This document shows positions 10,211 to 20,952 of a stretch of 64,000 nt of DNA, one piece after another. The notes beneath the pieces are model-generated. The model searched no databases. It was given only the letters and a program-made list of their open reading frames with translations, and was not told where the DNA came from. The translations under genes were made by a program, and so were the position numbers. This stretch comes from a bacterium (GTDB lineage: Bacteria; Patescibacteriota; Minisyncoccia; UBA6257; 02-FULL-45-10c). Within the stretch, counting starts at the first letter, position 1. Each line of letters begins with the position of its first letter. The stretch is taken from assembly GCA_030700025.1 (NCBI GenBank), contig JAUYKI010000015.1, positions 28,623-92,622 of the forward strand. Direction: 5' to 3'.

Positions 10211-11218
10211 TTATTTCTTGGGATGAGCTCTGTACCATTCAAACGCTCTTTTTAGCCCCTCTTGCAAAGAAACTTGCGGCTGCCAGCCAGTTAACGACTG
10301 TAGCTTAGAAACGTCCGCTAGACGCCTTTTTACGCTTCCCGGGGGCGATTGTTTGATATCCAGCTTCTCCGGATGCCAGCCAGCTATCGCAAATAGTTTT
10401 TCGGCTAATTTCTTCATAGTAATCTCTTCAAAATCGCCGATGTGCACGGTTTCAATCGGCTGGCTATCAGTTTTTACAGAATCCATCAGCATCTGCATTG
10501 CCCGGACCGCGTCTTCTATAAAACAGAAAGTCCGGGTATCGTCGGCGCCGAAAATCGGAAAAGGATCAACCCGCTTAGTAATTCTCTCAACGAATTCCGG
10601 AATCACGTGGTCATAGCCGGCCCTTGGCCCATAAAAATTATGGGGCCGGACAATTAGAGCCCGCAAATTATATTTAGCGGCATAATTAATTACAAAAAGT
10701 TCGCCGACTAATTTAGTGGCCGCGTAAGACCAGCGCGGATTATAAGTGTCTTCAATGACCAAAGGAACTTTCTCCGGCGTCGGAATTGGCAATTGGCCGA
10801 AAGCATTCAAAGCGCCGGCATAAGCTTCATTGGATGATGTAAAGCAAAATTTTCCCTTCGGGCTTTCTTTGCGGAACCATTCCAGCATATAGATCAACGA
10901 TAGCGTATTAATGCGGAGAGTTTCTTGCGGCATTTCATAAAACCACTTGGTGCCATTAACCGCGGCAAGATGATAAACGTGGTCATAATCGCTTCCCAAT
11001 TCTTTATAAGATGCCGGATCGGTTAAATCTAAAGTTAAAAACTTCACCCGCCTATCTTCCAATATTTTTTTAAAATCCGTGTCCATTTTTCCCCGCTGGA
11101 GATTATCAACCAAAACTAGTTCAACATCTTTTTCTGTATCCAAAATATGCTTGGATAAAAAGTATCCAATAAATCCCGCGCCGCCGGTAATAAGAATTTT
11201 CTTTATTTTTCCAGCCAT
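10211..11218 (-). CDS. NAD-dependent NDP-sugar epimerase/dehydratase
   Basis: ILITGGAGFIG, YHLAAVNG, WSYAATK, RPHNFYGP. Confidence 0.85.
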   Translation of the reverse strand: MAGKIKKILITGGAGFIGYFLSKHILDTEKDVELVLVDNLQRGKMDTDFKKILEDRRVKFLTLDLTDPASYKELGSDYDHVYHLAAVNGTKWFYEMPQETLRINTLSLIYMLEWFRKESPKGKFCFTSSNEAYAGALNAFGQLPIPTPEKVPLVIEDTYNPRWSYAATKLVGELFVINYAAKYNLRALIVRPHNFYGPRAGYDHVIPEFVERITKRVDPFPIFGADDTRTFCFIEDAVRAMQMLMDSVKTDSQPIETVHIGDFEEITMKKLAEKLFAIAGWHPEKLDIKQSPPGSVKRRLADVSKLQSLTGWQPQVSLQEGLKRAFEWYRAHPKK

Positions 11219-12840
11219 ACCCAAAAACTTTTAGAGTCTTCCGCCTGGTGATTTAAAAACTTAAAACCGATTTTTTCTGACAGCGCTTTTGCTTCTGCTG
11301 GAGTTGTTGAAATTCCATACGCCCAATGCCATTTATATAAACCTCGGCCAGCGCGCAAATGAAGCTTAGCAATTCCGCCCGGCTTTAAAGTGCGATAAAT
11401 TTCTTGTAGCTTATCCGCCAAAATTTCCTTAGTCGGCAAATGCTGGAGGGTTTGATAAGAAAACGCGAGATCAAAGGAATTCGGCACCGCTTCAATCGTT
11501 TTTCCGTCAGTTAATCTAAATTCTACTTTTAGGGAGTCAATTAAACGTTTTTTAGCGCTATTCAACATTTCCGCGGAGATATCCGTCGCCACTACCTGAT
11601 TAAAGTGCCGCGGGAAAAATTCCGTCATCCGGCCAATGCCACAACCGATTTCCAGGGCTTGGGATTTATCGGCGCCCTCAACAATGTGCGCGATCAGCGA
11701 ATCTCCGGCAATATATTTTTCATAATCCGACTGGCCGGATTCCCGAATATCAAATTCATTAACATCCGTTCCTTTCGGGTGCTTGGTATTTACAAAATAG
11801 CGGGCATTTTTCTTGGCCTTGCTGTCCCAAATTGCCCCGACTTGCTCCAGGGACCGATCCGGAATTAGCCTGGCCATAACAGCGGTAACAAACCTTAATT
11901 GGCGCCTGGATGCCCTAATCCAGCGCCACGAATTAATTTTTTGCCACACAAAAGACGCGAAACCCAGATTCATAATCATTTTCCGGTCGTCGTCCCAGCT
12001 GGAAAACCATTCCGGCAAATGGCTGTAATTCCGCTCTTTTTTCTTGTGCAATTCGTTGCTTCGAAATGCCGCTTTCAGCAAATGAATATCTTTATTTTCC
12101 GCGTGAGCGGTATAAAAAGCCAAAAGATCTTTCGGCAAACAATGTCCGCCAAAAGATTTTCCATAACGGAGATAGTTCTTTTTTTCGAAAACAAAATCAA
12201 TTACCTGTTCAATTTCCAGCATAGATCGCCGATCGGTCGGTTCCTGGATCAGATTTCCAAATTCATTGATAAAGGCAATCCGCACCGCGTTCCAAATATT
12301 GGATAAGTATTTTATATGCGACGCCTGTTCTGGCGTTCCCCTGAAAACTTTCTTAGCGCGCAATTGCCAAGCCGAAAGAAAGCTCGGCTCCTTTCTGCCG
12401 GCATTGCGGCGCCCCACGACAAAATAATGAGGATCTAAGCATTCTTCCACGGCATGTTTTTCGTGTAAAAATTCCGGAACGTAGAAATGAAAATCCAAAC
12501 TGCCCAAATGCTTCGGTAAAACGGTGGATCGCAATATCACTCCTCCCTGGGCCGATTTTAAGCCAGCCATAGCTTTTTTAATCAAAGACAAATCTTGAGT
12601 CCCGTCCGGCTGAACCCGGTCGCCCACGCAGATAACATACCAAGTATTGGCGCTATCTTCGGCCAATAATTCTTTCAGCGGCAGAATTTTTTTATATAAA
12701 TCTTCGTGGCTATCCGCATAGCGAAAAACTGGCGGCGCAATGTCGTAGTAAAAAACCGGGTATCCCATTTGAGCCAGCGATAAACCGTTGGCCTGTCCTA
12801 CCCAGCCATATCCTAAAATAACCACCTTTTCTTTATTCAT
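11203..12840 (-). CDS. UDP-glucose/GDP-mannose dehydrogenase (N and central domains) fused to a class I SAM methyltransferase
   Basis: GYGWVG, RSTVLP, PEFL, KYLSN, GGHCLPKD; then LEIGCGIGR...LKPGG. Confidence 0.8.
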   Translation of the reverse strand: MNKEKVVILGYGWVGQANGLSLAQMGYPVFYYDIAPPVFRYADSHEDLYKKILPLKELLAEDSANTWYVICVGDRVQPDGTQDLSLIKKAMAGLKSAQGGVILRSTVLPKHLGSLDFHFYVPEFLHEKHAVEECLDPHYFVVGRRNAGRKEPSFLSAWQLRAKKVFRGTPEQASHIKYLSNIWNAVRIAFINEFGNLIQEPTDRRSMLEIEQVIDFVFEKKNYLRYGKSFGGHCLPKDLLAFYTAHAENKDIHLLKAAFRSNELHKKKERNYSHLPEWFSSWDDDRKMIMNLGFASFVWQKINSWRWIRASRRQLRFVTAVMARLIPDRSLEQVGAIWDSKAKKNARYFVNTKHPKGTDVNEFDIRESGQSDYEKYIAGDSLIAHIVEGADKSQALEIGCGIGRMTEFFPRHFNQVVATDISAEMLNSAKKRLIDSLKVEFRLTDGKTIEAVPNSFDLAFSYQTLQHLPTKEILADKLQEIYRTLKPGGIAKLHLRAGRGLYKWHWAYGISTTPAEAKALSEKIGFKFLNHQAEDSKSFWVWLEK

Positions 12841-12905
12841 AGATTTGGAACCTATCAAGTATAAAACCCGTGATTAAAAATTAAAGTTTCTTTAAAAAAA
12901 GCGGG

Positions 12906-14627
12906 TTAGAAAGCGGAGTAAATAACTAGATTGTCTTGGTCATAAATTTTCTTGGAAAAAAATCGGTCCATATTCCAAGAAGGATCCTGGACTCTGTTCC
13001 AAATAACGTAATCAAGGCGGTATTTTTTCAATTCGCTCGCAAAATCTTTCTTAAGAAAATCTTGATATTCCAAAATCAACCCGTCCAAAAGAGAATCGGG
13101 AAAGCATCCGTAACAACCCCCGGTTTTCCGGTAATAATGCCCGAAGAAATGATTGCCGATATCGCCCCGGTGGCTGTAAAAATATTCTCGGGCATTGTTT
13201 TGATTAGCGCCGTCTAAAAAGAAATAGATAAAGTAAGAATCTTTGAGCCGGCGGGGGTCGGCCAAATAATTGGTTATCTTATTAGTAAAATAAACATTAT
13301 GGCTGGTATAAACTGACAATAGGTCCGCAAGGTCTTCGTTGGCAAAAACCACGCTCTCGGCCGGCGCGTTCTTTTGAAACCAGGAGAGCGCCGGGCGATA
13401 GCGCTGCAGGCCTGCCCAATAATCCCTTCCGACCGAATAAGAATCCTTTTGAAACAAAAAACCGGAATAAATAAAAATTAACAAAATTATTACCGCGGTT
13501 ATTTTAGAAATGATCGCGGCTCCCAGCCTCTCTAAGTTTAATAAAAATAAATAAATAAGAAGCGCCCCGCCAAGTGGAGCCACAAAATACCAATGATAAT
13601 GCGAAGGCACGGGGGCAGTCCTGCCGGTAATTAACTGCTGATTGGTAACGAAAAATCCGGCGATCCATAGGGGCAATACGAAAGCCCGAAAATTATCAGG
13701 CAAACGGCGATAAAACACCAATAAAAGCAAAAAAACGCCCCACCAAACCCGGCTAAAAATAAATTGGCGATTATATAAAACTCCCTGAATAGAAGCGAGA
13801 TTTTCATATAACGGGGATTGCAAGAATTCTGCCAAGCTCAAAAAATACGGAATTCCAATTATAACCGCTAGGCCGACAACGATTAAAATTTTCTTAATTT
13901 GTTTTCGGTCTTTTTTATATAAAAACCATAAAAATAAGATTCCGGTAAAAGCCAGCAAAAATGAATAACTAAAGAAATAAGTATAAAATGACAGTCCCAA
14001 AATTAATCCGGAGCCAATCCCTAAAAAGATTTTCTTTTTACTGGAAAATTCTTCAAATAAAAACTTCCAGAGGCAGAGCAAATATCCGAAAAAGAAAAAG
14101 GAGCTGACTTGCGGATTAATCGGCCGGGCATAATTCAGAAAACCGGGATCCGTACCCGGAAATTCTCCACGCAACAGAATAGATGCCCAGGAGCCGGGAT
14201 TTAAAAACGCCCAGGTGGCTTGCGTCAGCATAATAAAAACCGCCATTACCAGCGCCCAATCTTTTCTCTTGGTGATAGCTTCAAAAAATAAATAGATAAC
14301 AATAGTTAAGAAAAATGGCAGGACAAATTTTGTCAGTAAATTAACGCCGATTGCAGAAATTCCCAAAATTTTTCCGAACATCCCAACCAAAAACGGAGAT
14401 AAAAACTGCAAAGGGTACGGGGCGCCTTTTTGATCCGCCCAATACAGATTTCCGGAAAACCAATGCCCGTCATACACTTCTTGAATTTGAGCTAAATAAT
14501 CATCTTCGGCGTCCGAGCCAAAAAATTCTATTCCCTGATAAGCCGGGTCAAAATAATGGAAATAAAGCGCCGGACCGGCTATCAAAGCGCCTATTATAAA
14601 AGCAATTATAATAATCCAATATTTCAT
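12906..14627 (-). CDS. multi-TM membrane protein, GT-C-like
   Basis: DAEDDY after the first TM, many TMs, soluble C-terminal domain ending YRLDYVIW. Confidence 0.6.
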   Translation of the reverse strand: MKYWIIIIAFIIGALIAGPALYFHYFDPAYQGIEFFGSDAEDDYLAQIQEVYDGHWFSGNLYWADQKGAPYPLQFLSPFLVGMFGKILGISAIGVNLLTKFVLPFFLTIVIYLFFEAITKRKDWALVMAVFIMLTQATWAFLNPGSWASILLRGEFPGTDPGFLNYARPINPQVSSFFFFGYLLCLWKFLFEEFSSKKKIFLGIGSGLILGLSFYTYFFSYSFLLAFTGILFLWFLYKKDRKQIKKILIVVGLAVIIGIPYFLSLAEFLQSPLYENLASIQGVLYNRQFIFSRVWWGVFLLLLVFYRRLPDNFRAFVLPLWIAGFFVTNQQLITGRTAPVPSHYHWYFVAPLGGALLIYLFLLNLERLGAAIISKITAVIILLIFIYSGFLFQKDSYSVGRDYWAGLQRYRPALSWFQKNAPAESVVFANEDLADLLSVYTSHNVYFTNKITNYLADPRRLKDSYFIYFFLDGANQNNAREYFYSHRGDIGNHFFGHYYRKTGGCYGCFPDSLLDGLILEYQDFLKKDFASELKKYRLDYVIWNRVQDPSWNMDRFFSKKIYDQDNLVIYSAF

Positions 14628-14628
14628 A

Positions 14629-15264
14629 TTATTTTGATGTTCGTTTCTCGCAAACATAAGTCACGTGGGAAAAAGGAGTGCCCTGATGAGATTTTTGATA
14701 CTGAATATTGAATTGGAGGGTCTTTAAAAAACTCAAAAGTTCCGCGGGAAAGCGATAATAAATTCGGTCGCCCGGATACAAAAGATGATCTGCCATCTGA
14801 GTCAAAATAAATTTCCACCAAGGATACCGGTCAATTTCGCAAATAATTAACTTCCCGCCCTCCTTTAATTTATCATAACAGGCGCGGATCAAAACCTCCT
14901 GCTCGGAATAAGAATTTAAATGATGCAAAACATGAATTAACAAAATACAATCGGCACTTGGTATTTGGGCCCTTGTGATATCAGCGGCCTGAAAATGAAC
15001 GTTGCCCAATCCCCGATCGGCATATTTTATCTTGGACATATCCAGTTCAAGCCCCAAAATCTCCCGCTGAGAAGATAATAACGCCAAAAGATTGGAAAAA
15101 ATTCCATAACCGCAGCCTAAATCAATAATAAATCCGTCCCGCGGCACATCCGCCTCCAGCTTCCGGTAAGGAGCGGTAAAAAACCGAATTTTAATAAAAA
15201 GGCTGGGCCATCCTAATCCTTTATATTTTTTTTTGATTTCCCGTACCGCTGAAGAATAATCCAT
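14629..15264 (-). CDS. class I SAM-dependent methyltransferase
   Basis: IIDLGCGYG, VLHH, LKEGGKLII. Confidence 0.85.
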   Translation of the reverse strand: MDYSSAVREIKKKYKGLGWPSLFIKIRFFTAPYRKLEADVPRDGFIIDLGCGYGIFSNLLALLSSQREILGLELDMSKIKYADRGLGNVHFQAADITRAQIPSADCILLIHVLHHLNSYSEQEVLIRACYDKLKEGGKLIICEIDRYPWWKFILTQMADHLLYPGDRIYYRFPAELLSFLKTLQFNIQYQKSHQGTPFSHVTYVCEKRTSK

Positions 15265-15995
15265 TATTTTTTACGATATTTGCCCCTTAAGTTCCTAACG
15301 GTAAGATTCCACATTCCCAAAAGAGTCCGGAAAGAATCCTTCAAAATAAAAACTTTAGACCGGCGATCATCCTCCCAGGAAATGGGGGCTTCTTTAATCT
15401 TATATCCAAATTTATGGGCTACATAAATTACTTCTCCCGCGGCAAGATATTTATCGTCATAGACATAATGAAAAATGTCCTTGGCTACTTTTTGCCGGAA
15501 CATTTTAAAACCGCACATAACATCCTTAAACTTCACTCCGAATAAAAATCCGAAAATAATATGAAAAACTTTCCCGGCAAAAACTCTAAGGGGCGGCTGG
15601 CCCAAAACGAAAATCGAACCCGGGAGTTCCCGCGAGCCCATGATTAAACCGACGTCCGGATTGGCAGCTAAAAAATCGATGAATTTATCAATATATTCCG
15701 GGCTAACCGGCAAATCAGCGTCAGTCTCTAAAACATATTCGCCCGAAGCCGCCAAAACGCCGGCGCGCATCCCAAAACCCCGTCCCCGATTTACTGTATT
15801 ATGGATAATTTTAACTCTGGAATTAACAGTGGCTAAAGAATCTAAAAATTTCAAAGTGCCATCCGTGCTTCCGTCATCCACAAAAATTAATTCATAATCC
15901 GGCAAATGTTTTTCCAGATATTCCAAATAGGGCGCCAATTTAACCGGCAAACGCCCCTCTTCGTTGTAAACCGGAATGGCAATCGAAAGTTTCAT
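15264..15995 (-). CDS. GT2 dolichyl-phosphate beta-glucosyltransferase-like
   Basis: IPVYNEE, VDDGSTD, NRGRG, TDADL, DVMCGFKMF. Confidence 0.85.
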   Translation of the reverse strand: MKLSIAIPVYNEEGRLPVKLAPYLEYLEKHLPDYELIFVDDGSTDGTLKFLDSLATVNSRVKIIHNTVNRGRGFGMRAGVLAASGEYVLETDADLPVSPEYIDKFIDFLAANPDVGLIMGSRELPGSIFVLGQPPLRVFAGKVFHIIFGFLFGVKFKDVMCGFKMFRQKVAKDIFHYVYDDKYLAAGEVIYVAHKFGYKIKEAPISWEDDRRSKVFILKDSFRTLLGMWNLTVRNLRGKYRKK

Positions 15996-16016
15996 AACTT
16001 AAAAAGTGGTTTAAAA

Positions 16017-17726
16017 TTAACGCTGACGCTTTTTAACAATGTAAGAATCGTCTTCAAAAACTATTTCACCGGGCACTTGTTTATAAATAAGATCTTTATC
16101 TTTCTGGTAATACACCAGGTAATCCACATGGTATTTCTCCAAATAATGATTAAATTCAACCGGGTCCGGATTAAGCCGTTTGGCGCGAATCGGCCCGAAA
16201 TCATATGGGGTATATTCCAGCAGGGTAGCGGGCGTAAAATCCCGGCCTAAAATCTTGGCTTTAATTTTATTTATAACATTATCTTTTTGCAATGCGGAAT
16301 TAAAAGCTTGGCCGAAAACCCGCGTCTGCTGTTGCTCAAGATTATCAGTAATATATTGATAAGTAACGTCCCAATAAATATAGCGGTCTAGCAATTCTTC
16401 CGTCGGCATCAGTTGCAATTCTTGGCTCGGATGAAAATATAAATAATTATTCGTTAATAAATTAATGTCGTTTCCCAGATCCTTCGGGGCATACACCACT
16501 TTATCGCGAATTTGATTCGCCAAAAACCAGTCCACGACCGCATCCGCCCGGCCGCCGACATAAGTTTCTGCGGTGGCCGGATTGTTTATTTGCGGATCGC
16601 TGATAATTAAATAAGCCTTATTAGCTGCCATCCCAACCGCTACTAAAATAAAAATGGCGGTGGCGATTTTTTTATAGGAGCCGAAATAATTGCTTACGAT
16701 AAAAACTATACCGCCCCAAAAAGCAACAAAAAAGAACAAAAGGGTGGGCAAATAATGCGAATTAAATTCTAGCTGCATTCCGGTAATTATCTGCTGATTA
16801 AGAACCATTAGTCCGGCAACCAGCCCCATGGCAATCTTATCTAAAGTCCCTTCGGTAACTGCCTTCATATCTAGTTTCGGAAAAATATATTTTCGTAATA
16901 CAAAAAAGGCTATTAATGAAGCAATTAAAAAGGCCTGAGTATATAAACCGGCCGGCCAACGGCTATATAAAGCGCCGATCCGAACCATGCTTTCTTTGTA
17001 ATAAGCTAACTGGCTGATCTGCAACAGGTGGATAACATACCAGGAAGCCACGCCGGCAATAATTAAATATTTATACAAGTATTTCCAAATAATTTTTCTT
17101 GCCTGCCAAAACATCCAGCAATCGCTGGCCGCTAAAAGCGCCAAGGCGAAAGTCCAATAATATGGATAAACATAAAATAGCGATCCGGCCAAAACAGCCA
17201 ATCCGATTTCTCGTTTCCAAAATTTTAAATTCGAAAAATAAAAAATAAAAAATAATGCTAATGGAATAAAGTTTATCTCGGGGCTCAAGGTTCGGCCCCA
17301 ATCCAGCCGAGGAATAAAAATATAGGCGGCAGCGGCTAAATAACCGAAATAATGAAAATTAAAAATTACCAAAAACGCGTTTATTAAAAGCGCCATAATT
17401 ACAAAGACCGCCAAATAGCCGGTGATTAAGGCGTAAAATTTTACATCCAGTCCCAATGCGCTTTTAAATAGCCCGGCGGCATGAATGTTTAAAGCCGGAT
17501 ACAAATACGGCTGATAACGCCACTCGGAAAGATACGGGCTGCCCAATTGCCAATTGCCCTTAGAGCTCTCATTAATCAATGATAGATAATAATTAAATCC
17601 GCTGACCTGCTTGGTATTCAAATAATTATCAAAAACAATAGCCTGGGTAAGGTCAAGCTGAATTATGACCGTAAACAAAAGGCTTAAAATCAATATAGTA
17701 TAAATGGATTTTGTTGGGGGGGGCAT
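16017..17726 (-). CDS. multi-TM membrane protein, GT-C-like (distant paralog of 12906-14627)
   Basis: Shares FY.Y.Y, NQQ.ITG and KY..DY motifs with the 12.9-kb protein. Confidence 0.6.
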   Translation of the reverse strand: MPPPTKSIYTILILSLLFTVIIQLDLTQAIVFDNYLNTKQVSGFNYYLSLINESSKGNWQLGSPYLSEWRYQPYLYPALNIHAAGLFKSALGLDVKFYALITGYLAVFVIMALLINAFLVIFNFHYFGYLAAAAYIFIPRLDWGRTLSPEINFIPLALFFIFYFSNLKFWKREIGLAVLAGSLFYVYPYYWTFALALLAASDCWMFWQARKIIWKYLYKYLIIAGVASWYVIHLLQISQLAYYKESMVRIGALYSRWPAGLYTQAFLIASLIAFFVLRKYIFPKLDMKAVTEGTLDKIAMGLVAGLMVLNQQIITGMQLEFNSHYLPTLLFFFVAFWGGIVFIVSNYFGSYKKIATAIFILVAVGMAANKAYLIISDPQINNPATAETYVGGRADAVVDWFLANQIRDKVVYAPKDLGNDINLLTNNYLYFHPSQELQLMPTEELLDRYIYWDVTYQYITDNLEQQQTRVFGQAFNSALQKDNVINKIKAKILGRDFTPATLLEYTPYDFGPIRAKRLNPDPVEFNHYLEKYHVDYLVYYQKDKDLIYKQVPGEIVFEDDSYIVKKRQR

Positions 17727-17727
17727 A

Positions 17728-17850
17728 ATTTTAATTAACCTAATTACTCTAATTAACCTAATGAATGTCTAATTTCTAATGACTAAAATTTAGGCATTGG
17801 TCATTGGGATTTGATTAAAATAATTAGAAATTAGGTTAATTAGAATAATT
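17728..17850. repeat. AT-rich short-period (ctaat/attag) repeat tract with inverted symmetry
   Basis: taattaacctaatt occurs in the left half and aattaggttaatta in the right half. Confidence 0.6.
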
Positions 17851-18719
17851 TAATTTGCTTGTTTTCTAGCTAATATTAGCATATTATCCCCCAAATAAAG
17901 CTTCAGAGCAAAGGTGCCCAGCGCGGGAAATCGTTCTAAAAATAACGTAATCCACCGCCAAATAAAAATTCGTTGATACCGATAAAGAAAATTGAATATA
18001 TACTGCAAAGAAAAGGTCTTATGAATAGTCCGTATTTCTAAAATATCAAATTTATTATTCTCTAAAAATAATTTAATATTGCGATTATTAAAATAACTGA
18101 TATGTTCCGGCGGCAGCCAGGTATGCCACTTTGTTCCGAAAATCCTTGCCCACCAGCTAGCGGTATTAACCGTAATAATCGCCAAAGTGCCGTTAGCCGC
18201 CAGAAGCTTACGGATCGCTCCGGCATTATCAGCCAACTTATCTTGGGGAAGGTGTTCAAAAAAATCAAAGGCGGTAATAACGTCAAAAGACTCCGGCGAA
18301 AAACTGGCGCTTAGCAAATCACCCTGGGTTATTTTTCTCCCGCGAAAGCGCCCCTCTTCTACTGAAGAAGCGTTTAAATCTATTCCTTCAGCTAAATAAC
18401 CGCTCCGGGCAGCAACGTCTAAAAAATAACCGTTGGCAGTGCCAAGATCCAGCAATCGCCGGCCCAAATTATGCGATTGAATTTTTTTTAATAAATTTGT
18501 ATATACCGAAAACATCGGGGCCTTGTCGGCTTCATAATCCACATATCCCCGCCCCTCATTATCGTGAAGGTAAATCGGATTATTATAATAATCCGCTAAA
18601 TTAATATGGGCGGTGTCCACAAAAATAAACCCGCAATTCGGACATTTAAAAAATAAAAAAATCTCTTTACTGAACGAGGCAGGGCAATTTTGGTTTCCGC
18701 AAATGGAACAGGTTTTCAT
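17850..18719 (-). CDS. class I SAM methyltransferase with N-terminal Zn ribbon
   Basis: CSICG...CPNCG, LLDLGTANG, FEHL, PPEHISYF. Confidence 0.85.
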   Translation of the reverse strand: MKTCSICGNQNCPASFSKEIFLFFKCPNCGFIFVDTAHINLADYYNNPIYLHDNEGRGYVDYEADKAPMFSVYTNLLKKIQSHNLGRRLLDLGTANGYFLDVAARSGYLAEGIDLNASSVEEGRFRGRKITQGDLLSASFSPESFDVITAFDFFEHLPQDKLADNAGAIRKLLAANGTLAIITVNTASWWARIFGTKWHTWLPPEHISYFNNRNIKLFLENNKFDILEIRTIHKTFSLQYIFNFLYRYQRIFIWRWITLFLERFPALGTFALKLYLGDNMLILARKQAN

Positions 18720-18727
18720 ATGAAGCC

Positions 18728-19852
18728 TTAGTCAGCGGTCTGAATAATTTTTATAAATGCCGCGGCAGAATTCCGAATATCATACCGCTTCACCCAATCC
18801 AATAATAAAATTTTCATTAATGCCAGATCGGATGGTTTTTTATATAATAATGCTTTAACTTTATCAGCAAATTGCCCCGTATCGCCAACTCGCGCCAAAT
18901 AACTATGCATTGGCTCCGGCGTTATCTCCCGAACCCCGCCGATATCGCTCGCCACAAATGGAACTGCGGCCGCCATAGATTCCAATAGAACATGCGGAAA
19001 GCCCTCTTCATCAGACGGCATTATAAACAAATCGGCAGCCGCATAATAATAAGGCAGCTGATTATTCGGCACCCAGCCTAAAAATCGAACTTTATCCAAC
19101 AGTTTGTAATTTGTGATTTGTGATTTAATGCTTTCTCGTTCTGGGCCATCGCCAATTACCACCAATACCGCATTTTCGTCTTGAAGGGCCTTTAATATTT
19201 CAGGCAAATAATGCGCTCCTTTACGTTGGGATAAACGATGAACAAAAAGCAAAACTTTGGCGTCTTCCGGAATTTTTAATTCTTGTTTTATTTCTCCAAT
19301 TTTGATTTTTGATTTTTGATTTTTGATTTTTTCTATATCTACCCAGTTAGGCATGACTTTAATTTTATTCTCGCGAATAGCATAATGCGCGGCATACTCT
19401 TTTTTTAAGCTTTCCGTTCCGGTAACTAGAAAATCGATAAATCGATACGCCAATCTCTCTAATTGATTTCTTAAAAAATTCTTCCGGTAAAGCCACGGCA
19501 AGCCGCAATTCCAATAAAAAACTTTTCCTCCCAAAATCCCGCTGATTAACGACGCGTTAAAAGCGGCGACGAAAGAATAGTGGATATAAAAATTTTGGCA
19601 GCCGGACATCCGCGCCTTCGCCAAAAGAATAAGATTTTCCAGCCAGCGTAACGGGAGAAAATGGAATTTTTGAATAAACTTTTTAAACCCCGCCGAGTCC
19701 CCCTTCCCCCTTTCCGCAATCAAAAAAATATCGGCGCTTTGAGCTAGCAAATCCAACATCTTATATATTGAATAAAAGTGAGTTGCCGTTTCCAGGTTAT
19801 ATTCCGGCACAACAAAGCAAATTTTCAGTTTTTCCATATGGCTAGCGGGCAT
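18728..19852 (-). CDS. GT4 glycosyltransferase
   Basis: RLSQRKG, GDGPE, EGFPHVLLESMA. Confidence 0.85.
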   Translation of the reverse strand: MPASHMEKLKICFVVPEYNLETATHFYSIYKMLDLLAQSADIFLIAERGKGDSAGFKKFIQKFHFLPLRWLENLILLAKARMSGCQNFYIHYSFVAAFNASLISGILGGKVFYWNCGLPWLYRKNFLRNQLERLAYRFIDFLVTGTESLKKEYAAHYAIRENKIKVMPNWVDIEKIKNQKSKIKIGEIKQELKIPEDAKVLLFVHRLSQRKGAHYLPEILKALQDENAVLVVIGDGPERESIKSQITNYKLLDKVRFLGWVPNNQLPYYYAAADLFIMPSDEEGFPHVLLESMAAAVPFVASDIGGVREITPEPMHSYLARVGDTGQFADKVKALLYKKPSDLALMKILLLDWVKRYDIRNSAAAFIKIIQTAD

Positions 19853-19927
19853 TATATATAAAACTCATAAATTGAATCAACGGTTTTTTAAAAAAATAAG
19901 GGCGCGTTTGCGTCCCTTAAAAATATC

Positions 19928-20896
19928 TTATTTAGACAGTGCCTTCAAGTCTGAATTAACCATCATTTCCACCAATTCAGTAAAGCCGACTCTCGGCTTC
20001 CAATCTAATTCCTTCCTAGCCAAGGAAGAATCGCCCCTTAACAGATTAACCTCAGCTGGCCTGATAAATTTAGGGTCAGTCCGGACATAGTTTTCCCAAT
20101 TTAAATCAACGCATTTAAAAGCCGCGACTAAAAATTCTCTAATGGAGTGGCTTTCGCCGGTAGCAATAACATAATCTCGAGCCTCTTTCTGCTGAAGCAT
20201 CAACCACATCGCTTCCACGTAATCGCCGGCAAATCCCCAGTCCCGCTCCGCGTCTAAGTTTCCCAAAACTAATTCCTTCGCCGTTCCCAGTTTAATCCGA
20301 GCTATCGCATTGGTAATTTTCCGAGTTACAAATTCCAAACCGCGCCGAGGAGATTCATGATTGAATAAAATCCCGGAAGCAGCAAACATTCCATAAGATT
20401 CCCGATAATTCACCGTAATCCAATGGGCGTAAAGTTTAGCTACCCCATAAGGACTGCGGGGATAAAACGGGGTCTTTTCGGTCTGCGGAGTTTCATGAAC
20501 CTTCCCGAACATTTCCGACGAAGAAGCTTGATAAAACTTGATGCTAGGATTTACCTGACGAATCGCTTCCAAAACCCGCACCGCGCCCAAACCCGTCACC
20601 TCTCCGGTAAAAACCGGCTGTTTCCAGGACTCATGGACAAATGACTGCGCCGCCAGATTATAAACTTCATCCGGCTTAACTTCCTTTAGCGCGTGGACTA
20701 CGGACGCTTCGTCCAAAAGATCTCCGGAAACCAGCTCAATACGATCCAAAATATGATCAATATTCATCCGATTTTTTTGGCTGCTCCGCCGTTCCAATCC
20801 AAATACTTGATATCCTTTCGCCAAAAGAAACTCCGCCAGATAAGAACCATCTTGCCCGGTAATTCCGGTGATTAGGGCTACTCTGACCATTGCCAT
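19928..20896 (-). CDS. gmd: GDP-mannose 4,6-dehydratase
   Basis: [49 protein letters not shown]. Confidence 0.97.
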   Translation of the reverse strand: MAMVRVALITGITGQDGSYLAEFLLAKGYQVFGLERRSSQKNRMNIDHILDRIELVSGDLLDEASVVHALKEVKPDEVYNLAAQSFVHESWKQPVFTGEVTGLGAVRVLEAIRQVNPSIKFYQASSSEMFGKVHETPQTEKTPFYPRSPYGVAKLYAHWITVNYRESYGMFAASGILFNHESPRRGLEFVTRKITNAIARIKLGTAKELVLGNLDAERDWGFAGDYVEAMWLMLQQKEARDYVIATGESHSIREFLVAAFKCVDLNWENYVRTDPKFIRPAEVNLLRGDSSLARKELDWKPRVGFTELVEMMVNSDLKALSK

Positions 20897-20952
20897 CCTC
20901 CTATTCCAATTTAAAAGTAACTGTAATAGCGTAGCACCTTAAAAAACACGCG

